Shown here in pieces: positions 10,995-20,829 of a stretch of DNA of 37,336 bases (position 1 is its first letter; each line of letters opens with the position of its first letter). The stretch is taken from NCBI RefSeq assembly GCF_006345805.1, contig NW_021835846.1, positions 1-37,336 on the forward strand. Reading direction: 5' to 3'. The notes below the pieces were generated by a model. It had not been told where the DNA came from. It did not search any database and saw only the letters and a list, made by a program, of their open reading frames with translations. Made by a program: the position numbers and the translations under genes. The stretch comes from Octopus sinensis. Lineage: Eukaryota.

Positions 10995-12231
10995 ATGCCA
11001 TCATTCGGTCATCAGGATAGGGCCGTATATAATAACATTAACATTTTAAGTAAGGACGGGAGCGCGGCGGATACCGGGGTAGTCGCTCCCGCATTTAATT
11101 TAGCGAACAAGGATAATTATCGGTCCGGGAGGTCTTACACTAACCCAAGACCCGTTATTCATCCGAGATTCACCCACCCAAATGCGAGAGCTGGCGTCCC
11201 GACCCATCACACTGATAGGAATAAGCATATATGGTTTGTAATCCCCTTTGGTAAGCAGATTAGAACTAATCTCCCCCTCATGTTTAGACAAGCCATCGCC
11301 AATAACTTCCCCAGAAATTCCAAATATTACTCCACGGTTAACTCACATAAAGTTAGGATAGCTTTCTCCAACACTAAAAACCTCGCCCAGATAATCGCCT
11401 CCCATAATAATAGGCTACTTACTAAGACCCTATCACCTTTTTCCGGAGGCACAGCCTCTTCCGCTCCCGGTTTAATGCTCAGTAGGAATAATTATAGTAG
11501 TAATAATGATATGAGAGCCAGTACAGTGACACATAATCTCAGCTCCAGCCAGGGAGTACCCACTAGGGGTATAGTTATAAATAGGGGAGTTGTGGTTGAT
11601 GGTAACAATGGGAGTAGGGTAGAGAGCCCCTTTAGCATCCCCAGCATCATTTCCCGCAATAGCAGTACCACGGGCAGTAGCAATGACAGCACTCTGATAG
11701 ATAGTGGAGAATCAGGGGTTATTCCTATAGTTAATAGTGACGTAGTGGAAAATAGAGTAGTAAGCGGCTGCAGGTCTCGGAACGAATATAGTGACAGGAA
11801 CGCAGTTCTAATTCAGAAACCAATCCTAGCAGAGTAAGATTCACGTCGGCGAACTCCAAGATCAAAAACGCCGTCTACCAATGCAAGGTTTACACGGACT
11901 CAGATGCCTTCACTTATATAGGGGCATCATCCTCAAGATTGTCTTTGCGTGTCTCCACCATTACGCAACTTTTCGGGACGTGAACAAGCGCCAGACCACG
12001 GGACTCAGTAAGCTAATATGGCGACTGAAGGATGCGAACTTAAGCTATAGGCTGGAATGGTCAATTTTGTCGGTGGCCCTCCCATTTGATAGGGGCAGAA
12101 GACAGTGCAACCTTTGTGTCTCCGAACTCTTCCATATTTTGTTTGCCAGAGGCCGGATGGTAAACGGGCTCTTACAGTCGGCTTTTCGATGCCCCCATTG
12201 GCGGCGTTACACTTATCTGGCCTTTAAATAG
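10995..12231 (+). pseudogene. PLE polyprotein C-terminal part (post-RT region, long linker, GIY-YIG endonuclease); two frameshifts
   Basis: Frame 3: HIWFVIPFGKQIRTNLPLMFRQAIANNFPRNSKYYSTVNSHKVRIAFSNTKNLAQIIASHN. Frame 2 from 11870: AVYQCKVYTDSDAFTYIGASS (GIY..YIG). Frame 1: HHYATF..TGLSKLIWRLKD..YRLEWSIL..QCNLCVSELFHIL. Confidence 0.85.
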
Positions 12232-12834
12232 CGTTTATAAATAAGACCAGCACCCATAGCCCTTGGTAACAAATTCTGAAATAGATTTTAAGATATCTAC
12301 AATTAACCACTGCAAGGGAAATTACTCCTGTAAGACAAACGGCTTGTTTTTTCACAGCGGGGGTTTCCTTGTCAAGGCAGGCTTAGATGAACACTCACAC
12401 ACACACATAAAACATAATATATATATATAATTTCTTTATTTTTTTTCTTTCTGCCACCCAACGGTTATCACGGCAGTAGCCACTGACAGCCGAACGATCA
12501 AACGCACACACGTACACAAAAAATGTTTTCTACCCCTACGCCAACACACACATATATAGAACAGTATACACACACACACGTCTCTAAGTAGATTTTTTCT
12601 CGCCCCTTATAAAACATCCAATATTCTTTAAATAGTCAGAACTTTATTCTCGGTCACAAAGAACATATATACACCCTCACCCACATGATTGACCGATGCC
12701 TGACCTGTTGAATTCTTCAGCCACCGGTTCTCAACATACACTGATAAACAGTTTCGCCATGGGCTCTTAGGAGCACAGTTCGATTTGTTTTTTGCTCTGC
12801 CTCTGTTCTGTTTTTGTTTTTCCAACGGATTTCC

Positions 12835-12930
12835 TTTTTTCTTCCTGAAGAGAAAGACACAATATGGTCCCATTATTCAATCGGATTTTGGTAATTTGTG
12901 CCTTTCGAAACACGTGTAGAATGAAATAAA
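12835..12930 (+). ncRNA. Type-I hammerhead ribozyme motif in the PLE 3' pLTR
   Basis: uuuuuucuuc-CUGAAGA(12845-51)-GAAAGACACAA..loop..UUGUGCCUUUC-GAAA(12907-10)-CACGUG-UA-gaaugaaauaaa. Stem II has 10 of 11 pairs, stem III is the palindrome ACACGUGU, and predicted cleavage is after 12918. Confidence 0.82.
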
Positions 12931-13133
12931 ACGATTTCTGTTCAATCTGCGTTCAGCTCCATTTCTTCAATTCACCAATAATGTTTTAATTTCAATTATC
13001 CGCACCAACGCACGGTTGCAACGCCAGATGGTTGTACCTCCAACCGTGCTGTTCACTGCTGTGATTTTTGCTACTAAGGTATCGGTTAAACTTTTGATTA
13101 ATCTACTACAAGATATTCATCTTTCTATTTCAC

Positions 13134-13139
<6 letters not shown>

Positions 13140-13182
<43 letters not shown>

Positions 13183-13200
13183 TATATATAATATATATAT
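13140..13200. repeat. (TA)n microsatellite
   Basis: Direct reading. Confidence 0.95.
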
Positions 13201-13237
13201 GTATGTTGTTTAATGTACACAGTATATAGTTTTATAT

Positions 13238-14972
13238 AAGGCAATTAGAAGCATGAAAACAGGGAAAGCCCCAGGCCCATCAGGAATTACTGCAGAGATG
13301 CTCAAAATATCTGGTAGTGTTGGCTATAGCCTAGTCGCCCGTATAGTTAACCAGGTGATACACGAAGGAGTCATACCCAATGACTGGTGTAGCAGCATAA
13401 TAGTCAACTGCTACAAAGGTAAATGTGACGCCCTAGATACAAATAATTACAGAGGTATCAAGCTGTTGGATCAGGTAATGAAGGTTACTGAGAGGGTCAT
13501 AGCCCAACTAATTAGAGAGAGAGTTAGTTTAGATGAGATGCAGTTTGGGTTCGTGCCAGTGAAAAGCACCACTGATGTCATATTCCTGGTAAGACAGCTG
13601 CAGGAGAAATATCTAGCCAAAGATAAGCCCCTGTACCTCACTTTCGTTGACATGGAGAAAGCCTTCGACAGGGTCCTCTGATCCCTTATCTGGGGGTCAA
13701 TGAGGAAACTAGGGATAGATGAATGGTTAGTGAAAGCTGTGCAAGCCATGTACAGGGACACTGCTAGTAAGGTGAGGGTTAGCAACGAGTTCAGTGAAGA
13801 ATTCCGGGTAGAGGTAGGGGTCCACCAAGGTCCAGTCCTCAGCCCCCTCCTATTTATCATAGTCCTCCAGGCAATAACAGAGGAATTCAAGACAGGATGC
13901 TGCTGGGAGCTCCTGTACACTGATGACCTTGCTCAAATTGCTGAGTCACTATCAGACCTGGAGGAGAAGTTCCAGGTGTGGAAGCAAGGATTAGAATCCT
14001 TAGAGTCAACCTAGCTAAAACCAAAGTCCTAATAAGTAGGAAGGTAGACAAGTCACAAACGCCTTCAGGTAGATGGCCCTGCTCGATCTGTAGAAAAGGT
14101 GAGGTAGAAACTCTATAAGATGCACCATGTGTAAGCTATGGACACATAAGAGGTGCAGCAATGTCAAGGGAAGGCTAAGAAGATAGTTTTGTATGTGGCA
14201 GATGCTTAAGAGCAATAAACCCTGAAAATGCGCAGAGACCAACTTCCACTACATTCCAGGGAGAAAAACTAGAAGTAGTTGATAGCTTCCGTTACCTAGG
14301 TGACCAAATTAGTAGCGGGGGCGGGTGTGTTGAAAGGGTAACTACTAGAGTAAGAATAGCCTGGGCAAACTTCAGAGAGCTCTTACCTCTGCTAGGGACA
14401 AAAAGCCTGTCGCTCAAAGTAAAAGGCAGACTGTATGACGCATGTGTATGAACAGCCATGCTACATGGTAGTGAAACATGGGCCATGACTGCTGAGGATA
14501 TGTGTAAGCTCGCAAGAAATGAAGACAGTATGCTCCGATGGATGTGTAATGTCAGTGTTCATACTTGACAGAGTGTAAATACCTTGAGAGAAAAGTTGGT
14601 GTGCAAGAGAGACGTTTGCGCTGGTATGGTCATGTGGCGAGAATGGCTGAAGATAGTTGTGTGAAAAAGTGACTCACCCTAATGGTTGAGGGAACCTGTG
14701 GAAGAAGTAGACCCAGGAAAACCTGGGACGAGGTGGTGAAGCACGACCTTTAAGGTCTCTCTGAGGAAATAACTAGAGATCGAGACCTTTGGAAGTATGC
14801 TGTGTGTGAGAAGACCCGGCAGAACAAGTGAGACCATAACCCGTGACCTCAGTCCACTTATGCATACTTTTCCTTCTGGGACACAAAACTCTACTTGTGA
14901 AGACCTGTTGAGGCAAGTGAAAATCAAAATCAAAATCAAAATCGATCAACATCAATGGAAATTGTAGCTGTG
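13238..14972 (+). mobile_element. 5'-truncated RTE-clade LINE (RT, Cys-rich finger, 3' UTR start); pseudogenised
   Basis: MKTGKAPGPSGITAEMLK, NYRGIKLL, QFGF, FVDMEKAFDRV, GVHQGPVLSPLLF, YTDD (13916-13927), then WPCSIC..CTMC..WTHKRC..CGRC and HGSETW. Several stops and frameshifts. Confidence 0.93.
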
Positions 14973-17900
14973 ATTTTCTGGGAAACGCTTATCTAAGAGA
15001 GAGAGGAATTTTAAAACTAAATTAGCTTTAACATTTTGGGAGAGTGAGGGCAAACCAAATTAATTTCCTATTCTAAGGTGTATCTTTTATTATTCATATT
15101 ATTACTAGAAAAGTTGTAATATAAATTATCTTTGAAGCTACCATTACCTAGGACATTTTCATAGTAAGAGGCTTATCAAAAATCTCTTTAGAGGAGAGAG
15201 GTTGAATATCCTGCTATTAATGTTTAGCTATCAGGTTTCTAAACCTGGTAGCAAAACTGTTTGTGAGTGCAGTTAAGTTTCTTGTTGCGTTTATGATATG
15301 GTTTATTAGAGTGAAAGTTTAGATCTCGGGAAACATCTTAAAATTGACTTTTAACAAATCGGTCATGACTGTGATTTTGAGGCTTAATTGACTAAAGGTA
15401 GTGAGTATGATCATTGCGGCCATGAGAAATTCCCAATCCATTGTTTAGGTGTAGACCAACATTGTGGGATGGGAACATTGAACAATTCATTTGTATCAGA
15501 TTTCTTAATCCATGGTTATCACTTACTTATCTACTTGCCCTCTTATTTCAGTCACACTCTTACTATCCTCTCTCACTCATGCTATTTCCCCCAACACTGT
15601 TCTGTCTAACTATTCAGCTGGTAAAGTCTCTTTCACCTTACAGTGTAGAAGGCAATCACTACTAAAATTTCACTCATATCATTCTATAGAGTGGTTGATG
15701 AGCTGTCTAGGATTAGTTAATAACTTATATTACCTAATTAATGAAAAGGGCAGGGGATCAGAGAGCATAGTAGTAAAGGTAAGAAGTTCAAGAAGTTATT
15801 ACCTCTGCTGGCAACAAAGGGTTTTTTTCTCAGAGTGTAAGATGGATTACATGATGCTTGTATATGAAGTGTGATGCTGTTTAAAAGTGAGACATGGGCC
15901 TCTTTGAGTGTAGATTTATGAAGAGTAAAATTAAATGAACTGAACATAGTCTGCTGGATGTGTAATAGTATACTATACTAGTCTAAGTATAGTATCGTAT
16001 ATTATGGTTGCAAAATGATATATAATCTGACCTTGCTAGCAATTTATATGTGTGTACTGTTTGCCAGGAATGCGTTTAATATGTAAATTAGTCTATCCAG
16101 TTGTGTCACACTGTTGAACTTATTGGGTATTTAAGCAATGTATCCATGGACTGTTGGTGGGTTGGATGTGGTGTTTATGAAAGAGCAATAACTCTTGAAT
16201 TATGTAAATGCATCCATTACCTATATTTTCTCTCTTCAATTGTATTGTTTACATAGACATATTCATTCGCAAATGTTGTAACTGGCAGTGCTGACTCTGG
16301 AAAGCTATCACTATAAAGCACCATAGGAGGGAGACAAGTACGGTTTGACAATACAAGAATACACTGTTTGCTTGATCATTTTTTTTGTCAAAATCATATT
16401 TTATTTGAAAGTTTTCTATGTGAACTTTCTTTTCATATAATTTGAATCAAAATCCGACTCATGGCATTTTATGCCATTTTCCTTCAATCACCCTGATATC
16501 TCCACCCATTCACAAAGTTTGTCCTTTTTTTTTATTATTTTGACTACTGAAAGGTAGCTCTCATCTTTGTTCAGTGTGGTGGAACAGTATTACTTGATTC
16601 TTTTGCAGACCATACTGTCATGAAAAGGACTTTTACTGCTTTATTTTGATATAAAAATCAATGAAAGTAAGTCAAATAATCCCTATGACATATAAAAGTG
16701 AAAATTTTATCATCAACTTTCACTTAGAAAATAATACATTTTCTTCAAGATTTTTATGTCATAAGAAAGAAAAATTACTTGCCAGTCAGATATGATCATT
16801 GCTGAATCTGGCCACAGTATGGTGAAAAAGTGCATAGTCAATAAAGAGAGTGGTACACTGACACTACTAGTCTCTGTGGTGAGAGGTCAAACAGAACACA
16901 AATCTGAGGTTTCAGAATCCAAGGCTCTGGTTTGAGCCAGAGTTTCAAGAAATTAACTAATTACTAAGTAAACATATTTCTATAGAAAAGTGCACTAAAT
17001 TGAGCTGCTTCAGACTTCTAGAACCCATAATTAGCATAGAATGATTGTATTGTGAATCTTTATTCCCTTTTGTTGTGTAACAAAGTGTAGAGATTGATGT
17101 CTGACTTATACCTTGTGGATATTCTTGTACATGTAAATTTCATTGTCCTTTGAGAAATATTGGTCAAATTTTGCAAACACAATATATCGTACAATGAATA
17201 TTATTTTGTAGACTATTTAGGTTCAATATGAAGCATTTTCTTTCCCAATTTTGAATATAGTTGGATAATTTGTAGTAGTATTTACATATTCATTTTAGGT
17301 TTTTGTCTCTCTCTCCTACTAACAAGTTTGCTATGTTACAGATGTTTTTAATATCTTTAATTCAAGCTTTTAATGCTAAAGCAAGGAATTAGATTTCACA
17401 TTTTGTTTGTCTTTTAATCTGGGTCTACATGCAATTCTGAGAAAGGTGCCAGGTCATCATGTCATGTGCTAGAAGCAACAGCTAAATCTTCTGTAAATCA
17501 TACACTTTTTCATTTGAAAATGTTTTCAAAGATCATTTCATAACCAAAACGTTTCTCTTGTTTTTTTAAGTGCATTGTACAGAAAAGAAGAGACCAAAAT
17601 CAGTCCAGAGGGGAGGGAAGGAGGTTGGAAAAAATCATAGATTTTCAATAAATTTTTCTATAACATACCTTGCCCTGTCATATCCAAGGCGGTGGTGAAA
17701 AGAAAATTGGAAAAATCCCCATCAAAATTCAGCTTAGATGGACATCCTGACCCCAAACTCTGCTGCTTATAGCTATTTTTAATAGTCCATCAAAATTGTA
17801 TTGAAATGGTGTCATGATCCCAAATCTCAGGATTTATTTAGCTTGTATCTATTACAAATATACCAAAACTCAAGTCCTTGTGACTTGTACTTTTGAATTT

Positions 17901-18601
17901 AGCTAAGTCTGAAAACCCTGAAATTGACTGTTTGTTACATGTAACAAAATAGGTTTTACATAAATATTTTTAAAATTGCTCCCAAAACAAAGTTTTATAT
18001 TCAAAAACCTGAAAATAAATAGAAAGAAAAAGAAAGCCACCTATTTGTGTAATACAAAGTTGGTTATCACCTTAGTTTCAAAGATATATTACAAAATGGT
18101 CAATTATTCATGTAGGCTAATTAGGCAAGATTTTAACAAATTCACTGGCCACCTAAGTCGTCATGTCTCCTAAAATATTCATTCAAATTTCACGAATGAA
18201 GTATCAAAATGCTCTCCAAGAAAATGTACAGTAGAAATTACATTTAAATAGTTTCAAAATTTCATAGTGACCCCTATAGAAAATCATATTTTACTTGGAT
18301 GTTCTGAGGTATTTGAAAGAGAGAGTGTAATGGAAGATGCTAAAGATATGACTAAACAAAACACTGATGTTGCTTTTTGTTTTTTCTTTGTATTTTTCAG
18401 ATTAACTGTGTCTAGTGTTTTTATTACTTATCCTCTATACTGCTCTTCATAATTTCACCACGATAATACTTGCTCATGGGTTCCTGTTTTTGCAAAGACA
18501 AGTTCCTATGATTTATGTTGAATTATTTTTTACACTATTATTTTGCATCACGGACTATTTGTAGAAATTGTTCCTATCAGTATTTATCATTTTCTTTGTA
18601 G

Positions 18602-18659
18602 ATAATGGAATTTAACCCGTTATATTTGAAATACTTGTTCCTTGCACAATGCTTCTGTG
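18602..18659 (+). CDS. Candidate 58-nt host exon (possibly first coding exon: MEFNPLYLKYLFLAQCFC-G)
   Basis: Pyrimidine-rich acceptor 'tttatcattttctttgtag|' and consensus donor 'G|GTAAGT'. Only one frame is open, and it has ATG at 18605. Lies in non-repetitive sequence. No partner exon identified. Confidence 0.4.
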
Positions 18660-18944
18660 GTAAGTAACAATATGTCTCTTATATAAACATTTTTATTCAG
18701 AATTTTTAATTGACATAAATTTGTATCCACTGTAGAATTTAATCATAACTATTGCTGTTTGATCCTAAGGCCAGTGCTGATAAATTATGTTCAAAGGTGT
18801 TGCATATGTTGATATTTCATATTGTTTTTGCAGCTTCATTTTCTGTTCTTAAGGTGATAAGTGGTGATTTGAGGTGAATTTGGCTGCTATTTCTAGCAGA
18901 TTGATTTGAACCTGACTAGCCTACATCTATTTTCATGGCTACTA

Positions 18945-19132
18945 TATATTGGCACAGTTATGGCTGTGTGATTTAAGAGTTAAATGCAGACAGAGCTTAG
19001 AAGTTTGTGTTCCAAACATGTAGCTTTGGGTTCAGTTTCACTGCATGGCACCTTAAGCAAGTAAGTTATACTATAGCTCCAGATCAACCAAAGCATTCTG
19101 AATAGATGTGGCAGATATAACTGAAAGCCCAT

Positions 19133-19135
<3 letters not shown>
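18945..19135 (+). mobile_element. Diverged tRNA-derived SINE 5' half (cephalopod type) running into (TA)n
   Basis: 'gggttcagtttcactgcatggcaccttaagcaagt...actatagc...gaccaaagc-like...aactgaaagccc' resembles the B-box-containing head of octopus SINEs. Recognised from memory. Confidence 0.55.

Positions 19136-19138
<3 letters not shown>

Positions 19139-19188
<50 letters not shown>
19139..19188. repeat. (TA)n microsatellite
   Basis: Direct reading. Confidence 0.95.
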
Positions 19189-19190
<2 letters not shown>

Positions 19191-19217
19191 TGAGAAAGCA
19201 CGTGGTTGAATATATAG

Positions 19218-19547
19218 AAAATAGTAAAAAGTGAAAAAACTACAGAAGGCTTGTTTTAAAAGGTTAAAAAATATATTTGAGTCATTATGTCAGAAGAATG
19301 TTATAAAATTTTTTCATACAGTGACATAGTTTTTGAAGAAATTACCGGTTTCGTGTTAACTTCTCAAATTTCTCAAAACATCGTGTTATGTCTTCGTTAT
19401 GAAGTGCAAAGAAGACGGTAATTTCTTCAAAAACTATGTCACTGTATGAAAAAATTTTATAACATTCTTCTGACATAATGACTCAAATATATTTTTTAAC
19501 CTTTTAAAGCAAGCCTTCTGTAGTTTTTTTCACTTTTTTACTATTTT
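19218..19547. repeat. Fold-back element: 130/132-bp inverted arms around a 68-bp spacer, flanked by TA-rich microsatellite on both sides
   Basis: 19218-19347 is the reverse complement of 19416-19547 with one substitution and two homopolymer indels. Confidence 0.92.
19336..19374 (-). ncRNA. Minimal type-I hammerhead motif with U3:A8 core variant
   Basis: Minus strand: gagaaau-UUGAGAA-GUUAACAC-GAAA-CCGG-UA-auuucuu. Stem I is 7 bp, stem II is G-C/U-A with a 4-nt loop, stem III is the palindrome ACCGGU, and the triplet is GUA. Confidence 0.6.
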
Positions 19548-19549
19548 AT

Positions 19550-19560
<11 letters not shown>

Positions 19561-19590
<30 letters not shown>
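19561..19590. repeat. (TA)n microsatellite
   Basis: Direct reading. Confidence 0.95.
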
Positions 19591-19591
<1 letters not shown>

Positions 19592-20275
19592 TATATAATT
19601 AGGGCTTAGTAAAATAAAATAAATTACTTTGCCACATACTGAACTTAGTAGAAATAGCAGCCAAAAAAAGTTTTTTTAGCCGTTTCTACTACTTAAAGAA
19701 AATTTCTCTCAGATAATGTTTACTCCAGACAGCTCACGAAGGTTTGGAGGTAAATACAGAAAAATATCACAAGTACATAGATCGTTTGAGTACGTTAACG
19801 TTTCAAGATTAGCCAAGTAAAATCAGCATTTCTTTCGTCAGCTCAAAATTTCTTAATTTGGATTTGGAAACACTAAAAAGAAGGAACCTTACCTATCTGC
19901 GAACTTGTCGCTTCAAATGAACCAGCTCCGACTGACAGTGCTAACAAATTCAAAATGCGCAGGCGTAAATCTCTGCACTCCTTTGCCACCCACGTGGTCT
20001 ATCTAGCAAACACTATGTTTTAACCGCGAGAACCGAGGCAGTATGACAGAGAGAAATGAATTATAATATCAACAATTGAGGGTAAAATTAATTAATCAAT
20101 TCACCAAGTGTTCAGTATGTAAAAGGACCATTTAAGGCGAATTCAAAATATTACATTATATAATTAGGGCTTAGTAAAATAAAATAAATTACTTTGAATT
20201 CGCCTTAAATGGTCCTTTTACATACTGAACACTTGGTGAAATTGATTAATTAATTTTACCCTCAATTGTTGATAT
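19592..20275 (-). mobile_element. Non-coding hammerhead-bearing element: 565-nt unit with 40-nt terminal direct repeat plus 83-bp inverted 5' extension (retrozyme/pLTR-like)
   Basis: Direct repeat tatataattagggcttagtaaaataaaataaattactttg at 19592-19631 and 20157-20196. Inverted arms at 20066-20147 and 20193-20275. HHR at 19785-19847. No ORF in the track. Confidence 0.7.
19785..19847 (-). ncRNA. Canonical type-I hammerhead ribozyme motif
   Basis: Minus strand: uuugag-CUGACGA-aaga aau gcuga uuuuac uuggc uaa ucuu-GAAA-CGUUAACG-UA-cucaaa. Stem I is a perfect 6 bp, stem II is bipartite, stem III is the palindrome ACGUUAACGU, and the triplet is GUA. Confidence 0.85.
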
Positions 20276-20289
20276 ATATATATATAAAT

Positions 20290-20800
20290 CCCTTCATGTA
20301 GATGGCTCTGCTCGATCTGTAGGAAAGGCATAGGTAGAAACTTTACAAGATGTACCCAGTATAAGCTATGGACACATAAGTGGTTCAGTAATATCAAAGG
20401 AAGGCCAACTGGGAAGATAGTTTTTGTATGTGGCAGATGCTCAGGAGCAATAAACACTGAAAATATGCATGGAAATTGTAGTTAAGACACCCATGCCAGT
20501 AACACGTAATAAGTACCGTTCGAACGTGGCAGATACTGGTATCGCCTGACTAGCGTCTGTATTGGTGACATGTAAAAGCACCAACCAATCGTGGCCATTT
20601 GCCAGCCTACTCTGGCTCCTGTGCCAGTGGCACGTAAAAAACACTCACTACACTCACGGAGTGGTTGGTGTTAGGAAGGGCATCCAGCTGTAGACACACT
20701 GCCAAATCAGACTAGAGCCTGGTGCAGCCTCCATGGCTCACCAGACACCGGTTGAACCGTTCAAACCATGCTAGCATGGAAAACGGACGTTAAATGATGA
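20290..20800 (+). mobile_element. Internally deleted RTE derivative (Cys-finger segment joined directly to 3' tail)
   Basis: 20290-20462 is homologous to 14062-14230, then jumps to 'atggaaattgtagtt' and the tail ending catgctagcatggaaaacggacgttaaatgatgat. Confidence 0.8.
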
Positions 20801-20829
20801 TATGTGTAAGTGTATGTGTTTTGGTTTTG

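Larger units (their letters stand above)
10172..12985 (+). mobile_element. Young 5'-truncated Penelope-like element with an inverted pLTR at its 5' end
   Basis: Arms 10172-10989 and 12166-12985 (about 820 bp) are reverse complements, and the differences I found are almost all small indels. The interior encodes the RT-to-endonuclease linker and the GIY-YIG domain. Confidence 0.9.

Noticed and set aside
11789-11794. TGA upstream of the GIY-YIG frame as possible selenocysteine codon (reported for some PLEs)
   Set aside because: It is directly preceded by an in-frame TAG, is not in a recognisable Cys motif, and I could not identify a SECIS element.
18879-19665. 17-bp inverted match tttggctgctatttcta (18879-18895) versus 19649-19665
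   Set aside because: Too short to define an element; likely a motif shared by two common repeats.
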